Below, piece by piece: positions 58,512-64,000 of a stretch of DNA of 64,000 bases. The stretch comes from Eledone cirrhosa (Eukaryota), in assembly GCA_964016885.1 (NCBI GenBank), contig CAXHJY010000837.1, positions 1 through 64,000 of the forward strand. The letters are read 5' to 3'. Each line of letters starts with the position of its first letter. Position 1 is the first letter of the stretch. The notes below the pieces were generated by a model. It saw only the letters and a list, made by a program, of their open reading frames with translations, ran no database searches and had not been told where the DNA came from. The translations under genes were made by a program, and so were the position numbers.

Positions 58512-61500
58512 TTGTTTCGACCGCGGACGGCTAACATAACCCCATCGCCCCCCGCCCACCACCGCCCCCAACCCCCAAACGCAATCCAAAACTTCAGAGT
58601 TGGTACCATAAATGTAGGCACCCTAAAGGGTCGCGCTAACGAGGTTGTAGAAATGCTTGAACGTAAGGAGGTCGATGTTTGTTGTATTCAAGAGACCAGG
58701 TGGAGGGGTGGGTCTGCTAGGTTCATTGAGGGTAAAAAACGATGTTATAAGCTTTTCTGGGTGGGAAACGACGATGGGCTGGGTGGAGTAGGAATCATGG
58801 TAGCAGAAAAGTGGGCAGATAAGATAATAGACGTAAATAGAGTGAACGACAGAATAATTAAAATACGACTTGTCCTCAATAGAACTACGGTGACAGTAAT
58901 ATCTGCGTACGCACCCCAATCCGGACTGCCCGGCACTATAAAAGACAGATTCTATGAGACACTGATGCTAACTACCTCCCAAATATCCGACAGTGACTAT
59001 ATAATTATTGCAGGCGACCTAAATGGTCACGTTGGACAACATTGTGACGGCTACGACGAAATCCATGGAGGCTATGGGTTTGGTACTAGAAATGACGAAG
59101 GCTCCAGAATCCTGGAATTCTGTGATGCAAATAACCTAACTATCTGTAACACTAACTTCAAAAAACGTGACAATCACCTGATCACCTATAGATCCGGGGA
59201 ACACACGAGCCAGGTAGATTATATCCTTACCAGAAGACGTGACAGAGTGTCTGTTGTAAACACTAAATCCCTCCCCCATGAAGAATGCACCTCCCAACAT
59301 AGACTGATAATTAGCGACCTCATAGTCAGGACGAGACGTACTAGACAGCAGAAGAGGACTATCCTCAGGAGAAAAATATGGAAGCTAAAGGACCCCACAG
59401 CCAGGAATAAATTTCAAAGCATATTACTTGATGCTTTCGACAGTAAGGAAGAACATTTAGAGTCGGACAATATAGAGGGAGAGTGGGAATTTCTGAAAGC
59501 AAACCTGCTGTTGGCGACATACGAAGTCTGTGGCTGGAGCAGGCCTGTAGGCAGGAGGAGAGTAACATGGTGGTGGAACAGTAAGGTGGAGGGGTCAATT
59601 AAGGCCAAAAAGCAGGCTTGGAAAGTATGGCGGGATGGGGGAAGTAGAGAAGACTATCAAGTGGCCAGGAGGGAAGCTAGGAGACAAGTGTACTTAGCAA
59701 GAAGGGAAGCTGAGGAAAGAAAGTTCAAGCATGTTCTACAACGCGATGACCAAAAACGTGAGGTGTTCAGGATTGCTAGGCAATGCGTCAAGGAAAACCG
59801 TGATATTGTCGGGGAGAAGTGTGTACTAAACGACGATGGCACACTTGCCATCACCGATGCTGATAAGAAGGTAGCTTGGAAGTGTCACTATGAAAGGCTA
59901 CTAAATGAGGAGAATAATTGGGAGAAAGGCAGTCTCCCCCATATCGACCCAATAGAGGGACCAGCAGTGTTAGTCGAGGGGAGTATAATAAGTAAGGCAA
60001 TCAAGGATATGAAGACGGGTAAGGCGGCTGGGCCTTCGGAAATAGTTGCTGAGATGCTGAAGGCATCTGGCACGGTGGGACACACCATGGTCACCCGCAT
60101 AGTTAACCAAGTCGTACAGAATGGGGTTGTTCCGAAGGACTGGCATAGCAGCATCATCATTAACTGTTATAAGGGTAAAGGAGACGCCCTAGATAGGAGT
60201 AACTATAGAGGCATTAAATTAATCGACCAGGTCATGAAGGTCACGGAAAAAGTAATAGCGCAACTAATCAGAGAGAGAATTGACCTAGATGAAATGCAGT
60301 TCGGGTTTGTGTCAGGCAAAAGTACCACAGACGCTCTTTTCATAGTACGACAACTACAGGAGAAGTACCTAGCTAAAGGTAAACCCCTCTACTTAGCTTT
60401 TGTCGACTTGGAGAAAGCCTTCGACAGAGTCCCCCGCTCCATTATCTGGTGGGCTCTTAGAAAACTAGGCGTTGACGAATGGCTTGTGAGGGCTATACAA
60501 GCCATGTATAAAGAAACAATCAGCAAGGTTAGAATTAACAACGAATATAGTGAAGAGTTTAGCGTAAAAGTTGGCGTCCATCAGGGCTCTGTTCTCAGCC
60601 CCCTACTATTTATTATTGCCCTTCAGGCTATAACAGAGGAGTTCAAGACAGGCTGCCCATGGGAACTCCTATAAGCAGACGACCTGACACTCATAGCGGA
60701 ATCAATGGCCGAGCTAGAGAAGAAATTCCAAACATTGAAGCACGGCCTAGAGTCAAAAGGACTTAAAATTAACCTGGCTAAGACCAAAGTTCTAGTTTGT
60801 AGGAAAGAAAACAAGGCGGCGATCCCTTCTGGGAAATGGTCGTGCTCGGTGTGTAGGAAAGGCGTAGGTAGAAACTCCATTTTATGTCCTAAATGCAAAG
60901 TATGGGTGCATAAAAGATGTAGTGGGATCACAGGTAAGCTAACTAAGAACATAGATTTTACATGTGGCCGGTGTTCTGGTGCAATAAGTAGCAGCAAGTG
61001 CACACAAAATACTAGCTCTTTCAATTGCGCAGAGGGTTCTATAGTAATAGTGGACAGCTTCCGTTACCTGGGCGATAAAATCAGCAGTGGGGGAGGGTGC
61101 TCTGAAAGTACTGTAGCTAGAGTCAGAACTGGTTGGAAAAAGTTCAGAGAGCTTATACCACTATTAGCTGCTAAAGGGTTCTCCCTAAAAATGAAAGGCA
61201 GGTTGTACGATGCCTGCATACGAACAGCAATGCTGCATGGCAGTGAGACCTGGGCATTGTGTGCAGAGGATATACGCAGACTAGAGAGGAACGAAGCTTG
61301 CATGCTCCGCTGGATGTGTAACAGTAATATACGTGAACGGCAAAGCATAAACGAACTAAGGAAAAAATTAGAGATAAGAGGGATCAGATGTTGTTTACTC
61401 GAGAGAAGGCTACGTTGGTATGGACACGTGATGCGCATGAAAGTCGATAGCTGTATAACAAAGTGCAGGGCAATAAAGATAGACGGTAGTCACGGAATAG

Positions 61501-62020
61501 GCAGACCTAGAAAAACCTGGGACGAGCTGATAAACTCCGACATCACACACTTACACCTCACCAAGACAATGTCACTGGACCGAGACCTTTGGCGGTACTC
61601 AGTAACAGAGAAGACCCGCCTTACCTAAATATATAGTAAAACCTACTCCAGCCAGTAGGCATCTCTAACAAAATACACCCCGTCCCACCACCACCACCCC
61701 ATCCACACCACCCCGTTCTATGTAAAGTTATGTTGGTGCCGCGCCATCCAGGCCGAAACAAATGAGATCGTGTAGGTGTCACGACAAAAAAACACACAGT
61801 CCACGCTGTAATGTGGCCGTGTAGGCAACACGGTAAAAACCTCCCAGACCCACACTGTAAATGTGGTTGGTGTTAGGAAGGGCATCCAACTGTAGAAAAC
61901 CTGCCAGACAGTCCTAGGCGAGCAAGACAATCACTCTTGCCTCAAGTGGGACTACCCCCGCCCAAACCCATGCAAGCGTGGAACACGGACGCTAAACGTT
62001 GATGATGATGATGATGATGA
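58512..62020 (+). mobile_element. RTE subfamily A LINE, complete ORF2 with a single nonsense mutation
   Basis: ORFs 58512-60674 and 60705-61628 are in frame; TAA at 60672 replaces Tyr of YADD. 3' UTR and tail; flanked by (TA)n. Confidence 0.96.
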
Positions 62021-63138
<1,118 letters not shown>

Positions 63139-64000
63139 TTGGCGGCAATAAAGGAAATCAAGCATAATTCAGCAGTAGGTCCCGATAGGTTCTCTGCTTG
63201 TGTCTTGAAGGCGTGTCAACACCAACTTGCATCTCCTCTTGCCAATCTGTGGCGGAACTCACTGGATGCTGGATATGTGCCAGAAAACCTATCCCAGTCT
63301 GTTGTCCCAGTTTTCAAAAAGGGAAACAAATCCCTTGCCGTGAATTACCGTCCAATCTCACTTACCTCTCATATCATTAAGGTATTTGAGCGAGTGGTGA
63401 GATCGCGAATGACCCACTTCCTTGAGAGTAACAATATGCTGAACTCCAACCAGCATGGATTCCGTAATGGAAGGGATTGCCTGACGCAGCTACTGCATCA
63501 CTTTGATGACATTTTGAGAGCCTTGGGAGAGGGTTCCAACACTGATGTTATCTACCTTGATTTCAGCAAGGCCTTTGACAGGGTTGATCATAACATTCTA
63601 CTGAGAAAGCTGTCCAATATTGGTGTCACTGGAAAGCTGCTGCAGTGGATCAAGAGCTTCCTGTCAAACAGAACCCAACATGTTGTAGTTGAGGGAGTCA
63701 AATCAAGCCCAGCCAAAGTCAGTAGTGGGGTCCCACAAGGCACTGTGTTGGGCCCACTTCTCTTCATCATCTATATTAATGACATCACTGACATCATCAA
63801 ACACAGCAACATTAAAATTTTCGCTGATGATTCCAAGCTCCAAAAGGTCATCAATGGCGTGGATGACCGGATAAGCCTTCAGTCAGACCTACTGGCTGTT
63901 ACCCAATGGGCAGAAAAGAACAACATGTTACTGAACGAAGTCAAATTCGAACTGATCCACTTTGGAAAAGAGGATGCTCTGAAACTCCCGTACTCCCTTC
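63139..64000 (+). mobile_element. CR1-type LINE RT region (same family as 47650-48651), runs off the window
   Basis: [43 protein letters not shown]. Nucleotide match to the 48450-48650 reverse complement. Confidence 0.93.

Overview
Eukaryotic, AT-rich, repeat-dominated genomic DNA. The (TA/TACA)n blocks, SINE types and RTE load resemble an octopus/coleoid cephalopod genome (inference). One clear host gene is present: five coding exons of ZCRB1 (U11/U12-31K; RRM plus CCHC knuckle) on the minus strand at 16440..8606, with the last exon apparently left of the window. Two exons of an SLC22-like transporter lie on the plus strand, one of them frameshifted. Most of the rest is mobile DNA: many RTE-clade LINE copies from about 3 subfamilies carrying a C4HC3 PHD-like finger inside ORF2, a near-complete L1/Tx1 element, CR1-type fragments, a Penelope GIY-YIG fragment, two tRNA-derived SINE families, non-autonomous Helitrons, and hAT and piggyBac-like MITEs. 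The most unusual item is a 1.25 kb fold-back element in ZCRB1 intron 3 with ~350 bp inverted arms. It encodes a decayed parvovirus-type VP1 phospholipase A2 motif followed by capsid-like sequence, so it is a candidate endogenous (snap-back) parvovirus/densovirus. A hammerhead-ribozyme-like motif linked to the Penelope terminus was also found. Coordinates were read by eye and element ends are approximate.
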